IMG/VR virus record: IMGVR_UViG_3300033145_001087 | Span: 32,001-96,000 of that record | Reading direction: 5' to 3' (one strand) | DNA length: 64,000 nucleotides | From: a virus | Shown: in pieces, positions 18,401 to 28,214 of the stretch | Numbering within the stretch: the first letter of the stretch is position 1 | Layout: every line of letters begins with the position of its first letter | Position numbers and translations under genes: made by a program | Notes under the pieces: model-generated | The model's input: the letters and a program-made list of their open reading frames with translations, nothing else | Database searches by the model: none | What the model was told of the DNA's origin: nothing

Positions 18401-20524
18401 TGATGGGTCTTCACTTGTTCCGTCTCTGCAAACATCTCCTACATCTACATCTGCTATATTATCATTGGTATCTAAAGAACCAGCACCATCACAATATCCA
18501 TCAGGACCTGTTTTAGTATGTAAATCACTACAATCATCAAAACTTGAAGATTTACCTGTATTAATTGTTGAACAAGTTGTAGTATTCTCAGTAGTGTCTA
18601 TTATATAATTATCTGGAACATTATAATTAGTTCCTTGGTCTACCCATCCTGTATCTATACAGTCTCCACTATCATATCCTGTATAATAATTATTAGCAAA
18701 ACAAGCACTTAAAGTACAATCTCGTTGTGTTTCGCAACTACAAGAAATATCATTATTAAATCCGCAATCACTATTTCCTGAAGGGTCTTCACTTGCAGTA
18801 GTTCCACTGTCACAAACATCTCCTGTTGTAACATGAGTATCAGCACCCCAAACTCCAGAGGCACATTCTTCATAGTGAGTAATATTTATACACATATCAT
18901 AACCATTTGCTAATTCTCCATCGTGGTCAGGATTTACACAATCAGTTGCAGTTGGATGACAATATTTTGTTATAGTATTAAAACCGGCATCACAATTCCC
19001 TTCAAAACAATCTTCATCATCTGAACAAACACCATATTGTTCGAATTGAGTACCAAGATTCATATTACCACCAGTTAAATAATTAGTATATAAATCTGAG
19101 ATTTCTGTAGCAGTTAAAGTTCTATTATAAATAGTAATTTCATCTACAAACCCCTGTATACTATCTTCAGGGTCATCAGCACCAACAGCATGCCACGACA
19201 TTGTACTTGCAAATGCCCCAAAAGTTTTACTAGAATTACCTACATAAGTTCCATTATGGTATAAATGAATTACATTACCATCACGAACCCCAACTACATG
19301 ATGCCAAATGTTCATAGCCAATACTTTATAAACTACTGCTGTATTACCATCCGCATCACTAACAGTAAAACCCATATTATTATTATATGAGTGAAAATTA
19401 TACCAAGTACTATTGCCATTTGTTGCATATAATATAGGTTCTCCATAATAATTTGTAGAATAATACCACAAAGAAATTGAATATTCAGTTCCTAGATAAT
19501 CTTCTATATCTGGAAGGGAAATATAATCTGCCGTAGCACCATAATCTTTAAACTCATAGCACCCTCCAAAAGCACACGCTGTAGAATTACTATCTGCACC
19601 ATGATTAGTTCCGTGAAAATTATTACTAGTAGAATCATTTACTGAAGTTAAATGAAGAGCTATTACGGTATTTTCACCATATACAGATTCGGGGGTATAT
19701 CCTAATCCAGTAGATTCAATTTCATAAGGAATAAAAGAAGTATCATTAACAACTGAAAAAATATTACTATCATTATAAGCACAATAAATATCTCCATTTC
19801 CGCTACCTGGATTTGTCCAAATAATATTATCTCCAACACCATTAGACTGATTAATAGAAAATGCTAAAGAAGATGTTGGTTCATCAGTTATATTTCTAAT
19901 ATACTGATAACCAGTAGGAAACCAAATTGGGTCAAACATTCTAACATAATAAGTTTCATATTCGTTTTCAGGTCTGTATCTTACAATTAATTTATCAGAT
20001 GCTATTTTTTGCTGATAAACTTTAGCCCAATCATACCCATCTTGCCACTCTACTTTCATTCTATGCCCAAAAGATTCAGGACTAATTGCCTCCCTAGTCT
20101 CACCATCGTAAAGAATATCTCTATATTCAAAATGTACAATCTTGCCTTCACAATTTATACATTCAACTTTATGTTCAATAGGAATTAATTCAACATTTTC
20201 AACAGTTGAATCAAAAGTATAAGTGTCATAAACAGTTATATTATCTTTCCAAATAGAAGTTCTAACTATCGTAGTAATAGTATCTATGGTATTATAACTA
20301 ACATCACGAGATTTCGCCCGCATTTTCACAACACCATCCCAAAGTTGAACATACTCCGTACCACCAAGTACCCATTTGTTATCTTCAAAAACATAAAATT
20401 TGGTTCTAGTATTTTCTACTACAATTTTAACATTGTCTTGCATTACAAAATAAATAGAAGACGTTAAAATTACTATAAGCATAATTGTACTTAACCAAAT
20501 CGTTGTTTTTGCTTGTCTATCCAT
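15458..20524 (-). CDS. 1688-aa signal-anchored surface/adhesin glycoprotein with LamG and Cys-rich domains
   Basis: N-terminal TM; LamG (WHHVVGVRDG...VDEITIYNRTL); Cys-rich duplication; roughly 50 N-x-S/T by hand count. Confidence 0.75.
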   Translation of the reverse strand: MDRQAKTTIWLSTIMLIVILTSSIYFVMQDNVKIVVENTRTKFYVFEDNKWVLGGTEYVQLWDGVVKMRAKSRDVSYNTIDTITTIVRTSIWKDNITVYDTYTFDSTVENVELIPIEHKVECINCEGKIVHFEYRDILYDGETREAISPESFGHRMKVEWQDGYDWAKVYQQKIASDKLIVRYRPENEYETYYVRMFDPIWFPTGYQYIRNITDEPTSSLAFSINQSNGVGDNIIWTNPGSGNGDIYCAYNDSNIFSVVNDTSFIPYEIESTGLGYTPESVYGENTVIALHLTSVNDSTSNNFHGTNHGADSNSTACAFGGCYEFKDYGATADYISLPDIEDYLGTEYSISLWYYSTNYYGEPILYATNGNSTWYNFHSYNNNMGFTVSDADGNTAVVYKVLAMNIWHHVVGVRDGNVIHLYHNGTYVGNSSKTFGAFASTMSWHAVGADDPEDSIQGFVDEITIYNRTLTATEISDLYTNYLTGGNMNLGTQFEQYGVCSDDEDCFEGNCDAGFNTITKYCHPTATDCVNPDHDGELANGYDMCINITHYEECASGVWGADTHVTTGDVCDSGTTASEDPSGNSDCGFNNDISCSCETQRDCTLSACFANNYYTGYDSGDCIDTGWVDQGTNYNVPDNYIIDTTENTTTCSTINTGKSSSFDDCSDLHTKTGPDGYCDGAGSLDTNDNIADVDVGDVCRDGTSEDPSGDSDCGTDDNDDCSCATWYECIAGACTMSDYYTGYDSGSCTATGWVDQGTDTNVAENVTVATTENVLTCTENTSNYNDTVQCDGDADTPYYDSFNASYTCLYETDTSGYCDGSGNAGGEAIVCPLSSAGSSSGVTCEEEVNEVGCSGTTLGVCLNASTETTIELGSVLNISVDASADTVCVDINHSVFGTNYSCYTSGDDNVLSITIPYFRLTKFNDSSSLFNLTYIGAANHTYYISSHEYDDIEDLKIDLIGYETNGTYPQNVSIYINNTLSNYIGPVLGVSSEDITVFNDDDSAKNTTFNGAEIVTVGYFELFNSATNIEGFLNITGYNVTYRDDTSTTQDNNYTTTENSNINYRYSNFTKKTSSISSTYWEVKHGTLDAYNITMSDQESCWDYNETLIELRIKSSYGSSVFSSRPQCYNGSEWLNMGVLETSSTRNLPSTVIYGNDSLLFDNNFSTYAAQLININVAVPKNGTVYDDFEDNSVNYSLWSDSGDYVGYNGTSESNGKLRSAVGWGTPADAVTKYWSVQTDKDFLVGADKYYIKIEGNIGCKLGSSSHKCWADLWMADEMINLTGAPNNGKEIVEMYYVGQTYPTGPFYEYGNFTIFVDNVNNLMSAWNETTSIFTNEDISGYSNLYIVTYNKVYVSGAVPGYSTISDTYLYDTKYITSPWSASCSSGDCAYANIYEDSVHWAFTRVPEDAWLEIGTVGAGDREWNYTGNYSSEEEVNISDALTTYLSSCTTSPYCYIPVHLYSTYGLLEISDINISYNQSATIANLNTTLIETFLNNSDGFVEIPITFESLVNGTLEVQNPRFDYYGGNDTYEIIVHTPDYTSNDTGEVNYYYSDWDYSLPTNINSLVFAPSSSTSTNVEPWGQTSSIPFLNITAQNRGGKEFTWYSLVENSEPCVTLKMSNSSDSTTAISLSAESWENIKAGVSFETNFGVWLWADYACGYSGWTLFQPSMYFRTCCDGCSCSEDTS
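18056..18823 (-). repeat. Tandem duplication of a ~128-aa Cys/Asp-rich domain
   Basis: GDVC..SEDPSG.SDCG..CSC..YYTGYDSG.C..TGWVDQGT..TTEN..TC..GYCDG.G occurs twice, about 384 nt apart. Confidence 0.85.
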
Positions 20525-20525
20525 A

Positions 20526-20894
20526 TTATTCCTCTATTATTCTAAACGAATATACATAACTTTTATTTCCTCTATCATTACTGTCTTTAAAAGTAAGAGA
20601 CCCTGGAACTAAATAAAAAGTTCCATCATGGATTCCATCTACAAAAGCGTGAGCAGTAGCATCTTCGAATCCTTCTATATTACCTCTATTAGTAGATAAA
20701 TTAGCAACAGTTGTTCCTGTAACTAATCCTTCTATTTCAAGTTCCCATTGTTGTGAACTCATACCAACTATACTTGTTTGTATAAGACTTTTACCTATAA
20801 TCTCTTTTCTAGTTTTCTGTCTTTTAGTTGGTGTCATACTTGTTACAGTTAAAGTAATAGCATTAAATGTAATTGTTTCACTATAGCCCGTCAT
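20526..20894 (-). CDS. Distal tail (Dit-like) protein
   Basis: Immediately after TMP; beta-rich; ends YSFRIIEE. Confidence 0.55.
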   Translation of the reverse strand: MTGYSETITFNAITLTVTSMTPTKRQKTRKEIIGKSLIQTSIVGMSSQQWELEIEGLVTGTTVANLSTNRGNIEGFEDATAHAFVDGIHDGTFYLVPGSLTFKDSNDRGNKSYVYSFRIIEE

Positions 20895-20895
20895 A

Positions 20896-23800
20896 TTACA
20901 TAGTCCTCATTTCTCTTTTAATTTCTTCTACAAATTTATATGCGAATTCAGAAGGGTCACTAGACACTCCTGAAATATTAATATTTTGAATTGTAATTTC
21001 ATTAGTTCCGCCAGTTGGGGCATCCCCTTTAAAACCCATTATAGTATCATCGGCACTGAAACTTGCAGCCGGTTGCCCCGGTCTCATTATAAAATCATTA
21101 TACTTAGTAAAACCAGCTCCAACTTGTGCAAATGCAGAAGGACCCGCTGTCATCAAACCACCACCTCTAACTCCACCACCTGATATTTTACCAACAGCAC
21201 TTGCAGCACTATTTGCCATATCACGTAGTTCGCTTAATGCTTTAACTTCTCCTTCTATAGTTTTAGTAAAATTATATCCTATTTCCTGTGCTTCTAAAAG
21301 TTTATCATTAAGTAATTCTATTTGTCCTTGTGTTCGTTCTACAGCACTAGTATATTCTTCTTGACTAATCCATTGATTTTTTAAAGCATCTATTACACTA
21401 CCAGCACTTTCGTGTATTGTTATACTCTCTTCTTTATGGGCTTGTATTGCTTGTTTAACATCTTCTGTCATACTTCCATAATAAAGTTCATATGCGTCTT
21501 TAAGTAGAGTAACGCCAGATTCTTGTTTTGAAGTTTCCTCTGTAAATTTAGATGTTGAAAGTAACAAAGTTTGATATTTTCTTATAGATTCTGATACATT
21601 CATACTAAGTTCATTACCAGATTTTACAGTTTCTCTTATAAAAGTTTCTACAGTTTCTCTCCACGCTTCATAAGATGATTTTCCTGTTATAGTTTGGTCA
21701 TTTACCTTTTTAAATGTTTCTAAAAAAGCTTTTAATTCTATATTTGACATAGAGATAGCTTTTTGAAGAAATTCTTGTGCTGAAACTCCTGTTCTTTCAA
21801 AAAATTCTTCTGCTTTAACAAACCTATCAAAACCAGTCATTAAATTTTCTATCCCTAATTGACCAACAAACCTAGGTGCTGAAAGTTCTGCAATTTCTTT
21901 ATTCACATCTGAAAGTTTATCTTTATAATCAGAAAGTACTTTATTTTGTGTTGTTATTTGTTTTCTATAATCGGCTGTTGTTCTAGTAAGTTGACGTAAA
22001 AATTCATCTTTTTGTAAGATAGCTAAAGATGCACTATACCATTGGTCAACTTCTTTTTTAGTAACATCTCCGGTCCTTGATGCAAGGTCTAAATATTCTG
22101 CATATTCAATAGATAATTTACTCAATGCATAATTATAATCAGTTAATATAGCTTTATCATAAGCATTTTGGAAACGTTCAATTTCTTTAATTAAATCATT
22201 TAATATTTTATTAGTATCATTTAATTTAGAATTCATAAGGTCTTGATATTTCATAACAAGAGGATAAGATAGTTTTAAAATTTCTAACCGTTCTGTATAT
22301 TCTTCAAGAGTCATATCAGTTAATGCATATGTTTCCTGTAAAATTTTTAGTTCTTCATTATAGTCATCTTGTCTATTTTGTAATTCATTTATTATAGTAC
22401 TTTCCTTTTCTAATCCTAGTAGACTATTTGCCCTAATGGCTGATAATTCTTTTATTCTGGTTGATTGCTCGAAAGTTAATTTATTTAATTTTTCTTCCTC
22501 TATTTGTAATTTCTTATCTGCTGCAAGCATTGCAGAGGTTCCATCTTCATGGGATTTATAGAAATTAACTCTTGCCTCTGCTATATCTTCTATAGCTTTA
22601 ATTTCTTCAGCGGATGTTAATTCTACTATGCTAAGTTTTTTAAGTTCTACTTTTTTATCTATTAAAAATTGTTTTGCTGCATCATATCCTTCTATTTCTT
22701 CTAGATATCTAAATGATAATTCAATTTCTTCTTCTTTTGTTAAATCTTTATATGTCGCTAAAAAATCTTCTAAACTTGAAACTATATGCATTTTAGGTTG
22801 GTCAATAAATAATTCTTGAAACATACTTCTATGACGGTCAGTTTCTACTCCTAATTCTCGTTTAATATCTTCTAAAAGTCGTGTGGCGGCAATTGCTTTA
22901 TTTACATCTTGTAAATATTGTCCGAAACCACTATTCGATGCTCTAAAATAATCTGTCGTGCTAGCTTTTAAATTCCCCCATAAAATAAGCCATTGATTTG
23001 CAGTAGTTTCCATAGCAATATCGAATTCACGTTGAAGTGATGCAGCGTGTTTAAATTCGTCTGATGCTAAAAGAATATTTCTTTGTAAATCAATAAAATT
23101 ACTAACTAATCCATTAACAGCAGATGCACCAACTCTACCAAAAATATCAGTTGAGATAGTTAATCGTTGTGTTTTATCAGTTATTTGTGTTAATCTATAA
23201 AGTAAATCTATAAAAACTTTATTAGCATCTTCACCAATACGGGTTTCAATAACAGATGAAGTAGTATCAAATACTCTAGCTATAGATTCTGTTTCTGTAG
23301 CCATCCTTGTAAAAGCAGTTCTCATCCTGGTTCCTGCTCTTTCGGCTCTCATTCCCATATCTATTAATGTTGCACTTATAGCGGCAGAAATTGGTAATAT
23401 TATACCAAGTTGGTGAGCAGAAGTAGCCATTTTTAACATAGAGGCTGCAATTTCTTTAGAATTTGCAGCAGTAGTATTAGACAATTCATTTATAACACTG
23501 CCCATATTTTCTGCTTGTGTTATCGGTAAACCAAATGCTTTAGAAATTTTAGCTAAAGCTAAACCAGCTTCTTCGCTGGTTAAAACAGTTGCTGAACCCA
23601 TCATAGCAACAACTTTTGTAAATTTAAGTATATTTTCACTGCCTCTAATACCTAATTGTCCAGCTATACCACCAATTTTTGCTAATTCTTCTGCAGAAAC
23701 AGGCATGATTCTTGATAAATTAATAAACGCTCCTTCTAAACGTTTAATTTCATCCCTGGTCATTTTTGTTCTTTTTCGAACAGTCGTCATTTCAGTTTCT

Positions 23801-24345
23801 AATTCAATAACTGGTTTAATTAAAAGCCTATATGCACCATACACAGCTCCTAAAGCCATTGTCACATTAACTAATAACCATCTAAATCTTGTAAAACTTC
23901 CTAATAAAGAATTAAGCCTATTGCCAGAAGCTGCTGATGCAGCAGACATAGTTATCCATCTACCTTCAACTTTTTTTTGTGTTCGCGAAAATTTTTCCAT
24001 AGTTCCACGAACTTCTTGGTATCTAGTTTGAGTACGTTTAATTTTATCGCCGTGTTTATCAATAATATTATTTGTTGTTTTCCAAGAAGTAAATTGTGTA
24101 GTCATTGATTGACCAAGTTTTTGCATTGAAGTATTATTTTTTTTAACAGCAGTTTCTAATTTTTTAAATTTAACAGTTGCACCATTAACAACTACGCCTT
24201 GTTTTTTAAATGTTGTATCTGATTTTTTAACTGTAGTTTCTAATTTTTTTACACTGCCTTCTACAGATTTTAATCTTTGAACGATTTTTTTATCGTTCAA
24301 GATTTGCATTACAATATCTACATCTATTCTATAATCACGAGCCAT
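20896..24345 (-). CDS. Tail tape measure protein
   Basis: TP901-type core (ELAKIGGIAGQLG, GMRAERAGT, IFGRVG); 1149 aa helical; ITIQNINI C-terminus. Confidence 0.93.
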   Translation of the reverse strand: MARDYRIDVDIVMQILNDKKIVQRLKSVEGSVKKLETTVKKSDTTFKKQGVVVNGATVKFKKLETAVKKNNTSMQKLGQSMTTQFTSWKTTNNIIDKHGDKIKRTQTRYQEVRGTMEKFSRTQKKVEGRWITMSAASAASGNRLNSLLGSFTRFRWLLVNVTMALGAVYGAYRLLIKPVIELETEMTTVRKRTKMTRDEIKRLEGAFINLSRIMPVSAEELAKIGGIAGQLGIRGSENILKFTKVVAMMGSATVLTSEEAGLALAKISKAFGLPITQAENMGSVINELSNTTAANSKEIAASMLKMATSAHQLGIILPISAAISATLIDMGMRAERAGTRMRTAFTRMATETESIARVFDTTSSVIETRIGEDANKVFIDLLYRLTQITDKTQRLTISTDIFGRVGASAVNGLVSNFIDLQRNILLASDEFKHAASLQREFDIAMETTANQWLILWGNLKASTTDYFRASNSGFGQYLQDVNKAIAATRLLEDIKRELGVETDRHRSMFQELFIDQPKMHIVSSLEDFLATYKDLTKEEEIELSFRYLEEIEGYDAAKQFLIDKKVELKKLSIVELTSAEEIKAIEDIAEARVNFYKSHEDGTSAMLAADKKLQIEEEKLNKLTFEQSTRIKELSAIRANSLLGLEKESTIINELQNRQDDYNEELKILQETYALTDMTLEEYTERLEILKLSYPLVMKYQDLMNSKLNDTNKILNDLIKEIERFQNAYDKAILTDYNYALSKLSIEYAEYLDLASRTGDVTKKEVDQWYSASLAILQKDEFLRQLTRTTADYRKQITTQNKVLSDYKDKLSDVNKEIAELSAPRFVGQLGIENLMTGFDRFVKAEEFFERTGVSAQEFLQKAISMSNIELKAFLETFKKVNDQTITGKSSYEAWRETVETFIRETVKSGNELSMNVSESIRKYQTLLLSTSKFTEETSKQESGVTLLKDAYELYYGSMTEDVKQAIQAHKEESITIHESAGSVIDALKNQWISQEEYTSAVERTQGQIELLNDKLLEAQEIGYNFTKTIEGEVKALSELRDMANSAASAVGKISGGGVRGGGLMTAGPSAFAQVGAGFTKYNDFIMRPGQPAASFSADDTIMGFKGDAPTGGTNEITIQNINISGVSSDPSEFAYKFVEEIKREMRTM

Positions 24346-24347
24346 TT

Positions 24348-24916
24348 TTATTTCTTTTTATTTCTATTAGCCTCTCGTTTCTGACGCTCTATTTCTCTAT
24401 TATGAGCATCAATTAATCTATTCAATTCCGAATAGGTCAAACTATTAATAGTAAAAAAAGTATATCCATATTTATGAAGGAATAATTCTAAATCGCTTTC
24501 TTGTCTATTTCGTTTGACCTTTTTGAGTTTTTTGCAAACTCATCCTCTACTTTTTTTAGAGCTTTTTTTCTACTTGAAGATGGAGTCATTCCACTTTCTC
24601 TAAAAATTGTATTAACAATTGCGTTAGCCAAAGCTGGTTTTATAAAAGGTATATCTTCTTTTTCATATTTGGGATTCACGCAATGTTCTAAAATAACATC
24701 ACCATCCAAATCTTTTTCTTCTTTACTTCCTTCTTTAACAACAGAAGACATAAGTCGTCTAAGTTTTCCTCTTGGCATAGGAGTTACAAAAATTGTTTCT
24801 CCTTTAAACGTCATTTCATCTGGGTTGTTTTCGTCTACTTCTAATTCTACTTCTTGTGGGATTAATATTCCTTTCTCATCCCTTGAATATAGTGTTTCTT
24901 CAATTTGTAATACCAT
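24348..24916 (-). CDS. Tail assembly chaperone G (24488-24916) and -1 frameshift GT product ending at 24348
   Basis: Between tail tube and TMP; A AAA AAC at 24533-24527; -1 frame open 59 codons to TAA 24350-24348. Confidence 0.85.
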
Positions 24917-24943
24917 TGTTTCTCACCTCTTGTTTTCAAAAAT

Positions 24944-24963
24944 TAAATAAAAAAATAAAAAAA
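24944..24963 (-). terminator. Oligo-T terminator after tail tube gene
   Basis: TTTTTTTATTTTTTTTATTT on - strand. Confidence 0.55.
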
Positions 24964-24968
24964 TGTAT

Positions 24969-26075
24969 TTACGAATAATTACTATTAGAATCTACTATAT
25001 AACATTTAGCATGTTCTACAGATAAATCTAATGTTTGTGATACAATATCTTCTGGTGCTCCTGGTATATTTATACTGTTAAATGCACAACTACCAAGTAC
25101 AATCCTAATAAAGTCATCTGATTCTGTTTTAACACCACCAACATCTCCAACTCTAACAAAATCCAAAGCAATTTGGTATTTAGAAAGTGTTGCTTGGTCT
25201 TCTGTTGCAGTATTGCTTCCAAGGAACCTTTGATACATCTCTCTAGTTGAAAAGTGTAGATTCAAATTTGCATCATAATCTCTTCCTTTTACTATTAGTT
25301 TTTTTAGTCCTCTTAGTGTCTGATGTGTACTAGTTGTTCCAGAAATATACCATATAGCTTCTAAGTTATTGTTAATATTAAAATCGAATCCATTAACTTC
25401 TGCAATTTGGTCTGCTGCTAAAACGACAGTATCTCCTACTACATTACCACTTGTTGCTGTTACAATACCTTGATAAAAAATGTATGGGTCTTTTGTTAAG
25501 TCAGTTACACTAGTTGCTGCGGCTGTTGAAACAGTTACTCCTTGAGCAATAAAATCACAGTTAATTCTAAGCGGTTCATCTATTGTTCCAGATAATCCTA
25601 AAGTATTAACTCTACATCCATCATAAACCCTTTTTAAGTTATTTGTAGTAGACATTGCACCAGTATCTTCTTCATCAGCAAATTCCATACAAAAACTTGG
25701 AAAGTTATCTGCTTCTGGTGATGCTGCACTTCCTAATGTGTGAAAATATGCAAATCCTGTAGTAGCATTTCCAGTATGAAATTTAGGTCCTGAATCTATT
25801 GTTGCACTACTTGCAGTATCTTCCCCAAACGCTTGTCTAAGAAATATTCCATCTTGTAAATAATATTCAAAGCTTCCTGAAATTTCGAATTTACCTGGTA
25901 CTATATTGCTGTAATCTCTATTTCCTCCTAAAGTTCTTATTTTTATAAGATTATTTGTTTCTGTAGGATTAATAGATTGCACTAAACCAAACGGTTTATC
26001 TATTGTAGCAGAGGAACCATATAACGATTCATTTGCCCAATATAAATTTTGTTTATATCCTGTTGCGACTCCCAT
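24969..26075 (-). CDS. Major tail tube protein
   Basis: Position before chaperone/TMP; GKFEISGSFEYY, RVYDGCRVNTLGLSG, FDFNINNNL. Confidence 0.85.
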   Translation of the reverse strand: MGVATGYKQNLYWANESLYGSSATIDKPFGLVQSINPTETNNLIKIRTLGGNRDYSNIVPGKFEISGSFEYYLQDGIFLRQAFGEDTASSATIDSGPKFHTGNATTGFAYFHTLGSAASPEADNFPSFCMEFADEEDTGAMSTTNNLKRVYDGCRVNTLGLSGTIDEPLRINCDFIAQGVTVSTAAATSVTDLTKDPYIFYQGIVTATSGNVVGDTVVLAADQIAEVNGFDFNINNNLEAIWYISGTTSTHQTLRGLKKLIVKGRDYDANLNLHFSTREMYQRFLGSNTATEDQATLSKYQIALDFVRVGDVGGVKTESDDFIRIVLGSCAFNSINIPGAPEDIVSQTLDLSVEHAKCYIVDSNSNYS

Positions 26076-26108
26076 AAGTCATCTCCTCCTTTTATAATAT
26101 GTTTTTAA

Positions 26109-26402
26109 TTATTTTTTTTCTTTTTTTAATGTTTTTCCTTCTCTTAATGTTTTTGCAGCGATAGATACATCTTTATTATCAAATACGCCATCGTTGTTTA
26201 AATCAAATTCATTTTTGACTTTTTTTTCTTTTATCTCTTTATCTCCCTTTACTAATGAAAAATCCTTATTTTTTAAAAGTTTTTCAGCTATATCTGGTGA
26301 AAGGTCTTTTATCTCTCCAGTACCCCATCTATTAAATATAGCGGACCCTACTCTTATTTTACAAGGATTTATACTTCTTCCATCGTATCTTACTTGAACC
26401 AT
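26109..26402 (-). CDS. Small virion-module protein with EF-hand/dockerin-like loop
   Basis: DLNNDGVFDNKD. Confidence 0.55.
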   Translation of the reverse strand: MVQVRYDGRSINPCKIRVGSAIFNRWGTGEIKDLSPDIAEKLLKNKDFSLVKGDKEIKEKKVKNEFDLNNDGVFDNKDVSIAAKTLREGKTLKKEKK

Positions 26403-26421
26403 TATATTTTCCTCCTTTCTT

Positions 26422-26826
26422 TTAACTTAATGCCTTTGTTTTTGTTAATTCTTCTCTTATTATACTAGGAGCTATAGATGCTCCTGCATCTCTACCTGCT
26501 TTCATAAATAAATATGGTGCTTTTGGATTAACAGATGACCAACTTTTTTTATTCCTTAGTTGTCTATCAAATTCTAAAAAAATACCATGTGGTGCATCTG
26601 AAAAAACTTTAGCATAAAAATCAGTTTCTGTTCCTATAGTAACAGTATATTGAATATTATTTATGATTAAACTTGGCATTTTTGTTGTTATTCTCTTTTT
26701 TTTATATTCAGCGATTGCTACATCTTTTACAATCATAGCCACTTTTTTATTAGCATTATTAATACCCCTACGAACATTTCTATTGATTTTATATAACTTA
26801 AATAGTCCTTTAACTTTTAATGGCAT
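26422..26826 (-). CDS. Tail completion/neck protein (HK97 gp10-like)
   Basis: APHGIFLEF...APYLFMKAG; position. Confidence 0.6.
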   Translation of the reverse strand: MPLKVKGLFKLYKINRNVRRGINNANKKVAMIVKDVAIAEYKKKRITTKMPSLIINNIQYTVTIGTETDFYAKVFSDAPHGIFLEFDRQLRNKKSWSSVNPKAPYLFMKAGRDAGASIAPSIIREELTKTKALS

Positions 26827-26831
26827 TTAGT

Positions 26832-27314
26832 TCACCTATTAAAATATGCTATCCGTATAGTAACCGAACCAAAATAAAGTTGGGTATCGGGGTCGTATTC
26901 AATACGAGATGTATTTATATGTTTATACATCTTAACCCCTGCGGTATGAAGTGTGTTAAATTGAGCTTTTAATGTTTGTTTAATTTGTCCTAACCCATAT
27001 TCTACTAATTGTGAATTTTTATATTCAACCTCAGATACAGTAACTTTAAAACCATTTTTGCTTTGAAACCAAACATTTAAGAATAATTGTTCGTATTCCA
27101 TATAATTATCTCCTATATCTATAGGAATTGTTGGGTTATCTACTTTTTTAATTTCTATTTTAGGAAATTTAGCGTGAGTAGATGGTTCATCGGAAAAGAC
27201 CCAGAGAGAGCCACCTCTATAGTTACCACCGGCAGTTTCATAGGGGTCAATCATATAAGTTCTTAATACATTTCTTATTTCCTTTATTGCGGTTATTGAA
27301 TCCGTTTTAAACAC
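26832..27314 (-). CDS. Tail terminator-like protein
   Basis: FPKIEI, QLFLNVW, YFGSVTIRIAY; position; start uncertain (GTG 27314 or ACG 27305). Confidence 0.55.
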   Translation of the reverse strand: MFKTDSITAIKEIRNVLRTYMIDPYETAGGNYRGGSLWVFSDEPSTHAKFPKIEIKKVDNPTIPIDIGDNYMEYEQLFLNVWFQSKNGFKVTVSEVEYKNSQLVEYGLGQIKQTLKAQFNTLHTAGVKMYKHINTSRIEYDPDTQLYFGSVTIRIAYFNR

Positions 27315-27969
27315 CCCCTAACATCTCTTTTAATATCTCTTTCCCAAAATCTATAAACTATATAATCCTGAGATTCTATAAATATTTTACTTGTTTAGCA
27401 TCTCTAGGTTTGCCTTTTGGATAATGATGCCAATAATCCCCATCACACATAATTATTGTATTTATTTCAGGTAACCAAAAATCAGCGATTCCTAATTTAT
27501 AAGGATGCTGTTTTATATATAAAAGGTCGTTAAAAAGTAATTCATTTTCGACCAACCGTTCTATTTTAGTATCTGCTACTAACATATTACCCTCTTTTAA
27601 TTGTTTAATAGTAGATTCTCTGTTTTGTTCACGTAATTGTTCAGCTTTTTCTTTACCATAAAGTTCTTTATATGTTTTGCCCTTCATTGGGTGTATATGA
27701 TTTTTCCAATGATTCTTTAATCCTTTTGCTGATTTTTTAACAGACGTTGGGTCACGTTTTTTACCTAACCAAAACCCACCAGATTCTTTCATTCGTTCTT
27801 TAGTTTTCTTGCTAATAACCGTTCGTGTTTCTTCTGAATATTTATTACCATAATTTGGATTATTTTTACCAATATTATGTATGGTATTCCATTTACCTTG
27901 GCATTTTCTATTACAAAAAGACTTATTACTAGTTAATTTACTACAATATTTACAATTATTACTATCCAT
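27293..27969 (-). pseudogene. Free-standing NUMOD3-like + Vsr/DUF559 endonuclease, frameshifted near C-terminus
   Basis: CxxC..FCxxxC; NNPNYG and HPMKGK; ADFWL..DGDYWH..RD. TAG at 27378-76, but ESQDYIVYRFWERDI continues in a shifted frame. Confidence 0.75.
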
Positions 27970-28038
27970 TTTCTGCCCTCGGCGAGAACCATACACCCTA
28001 CGGGAATATACTATTATCTATATAGGTATAGTAATACA

Positions 28039-28060
28039 ACTTCTCCTATATAAATGTTTC
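28039..28060 (-). promoter_or_regulatory. BRE-TATA promoter for the endonuclease gene
   Basis: GAAACATTTATATAGGAGAAGT, identical to 49841-49820. Confidence 0.75.
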
Positions 28061-28072
28061 TATTAGTATATT

Positions 28073-28210
28073 TTATCCAGTAAATCGTGGTTCTTTATTA
28101 TTTGATGTTCTTTTATTAACATCTATTACAAAATCTGTTTCTATTACCTTTTGTTTATCTTTTTTTGTAATATTAAATCCTTTATCAAGTTTTTTTGTTA
28201 TTTTACTCAT
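28073..28210 (-). CDS. 45-aa basic hypothetical (not in ORF track)
   Basis: GGTGA RBS; MSKITKKLDKG...EPRFTG. Confidence 0.45.
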   Translation of the reverse strand: MSKITKKLDKGFNITKKDKQKVIETDFVIDVNKRTSNNKEPRFTG

Positions 28211-28214
28211 TTAT

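Noticed and set aside
18056-18823. DGR template/variable repeat pair
   Set aside because: Both copies are in-frame within one gene, differ at all base types and by indels, and no reverse transcriptase is in the window
27376-27378. Amber recoding or alternative genetic code
   Set aside because: Read-through meets another TAG within six codons, the conserved tail is in a different frame, and TAG/TGA end other genes normally
27293-28210. Group I intron carrying the endonuclease
   Set aside because: Too little non-coding sequence for a ribozyme core, no joinable exons evident, and the gene has its own promoter
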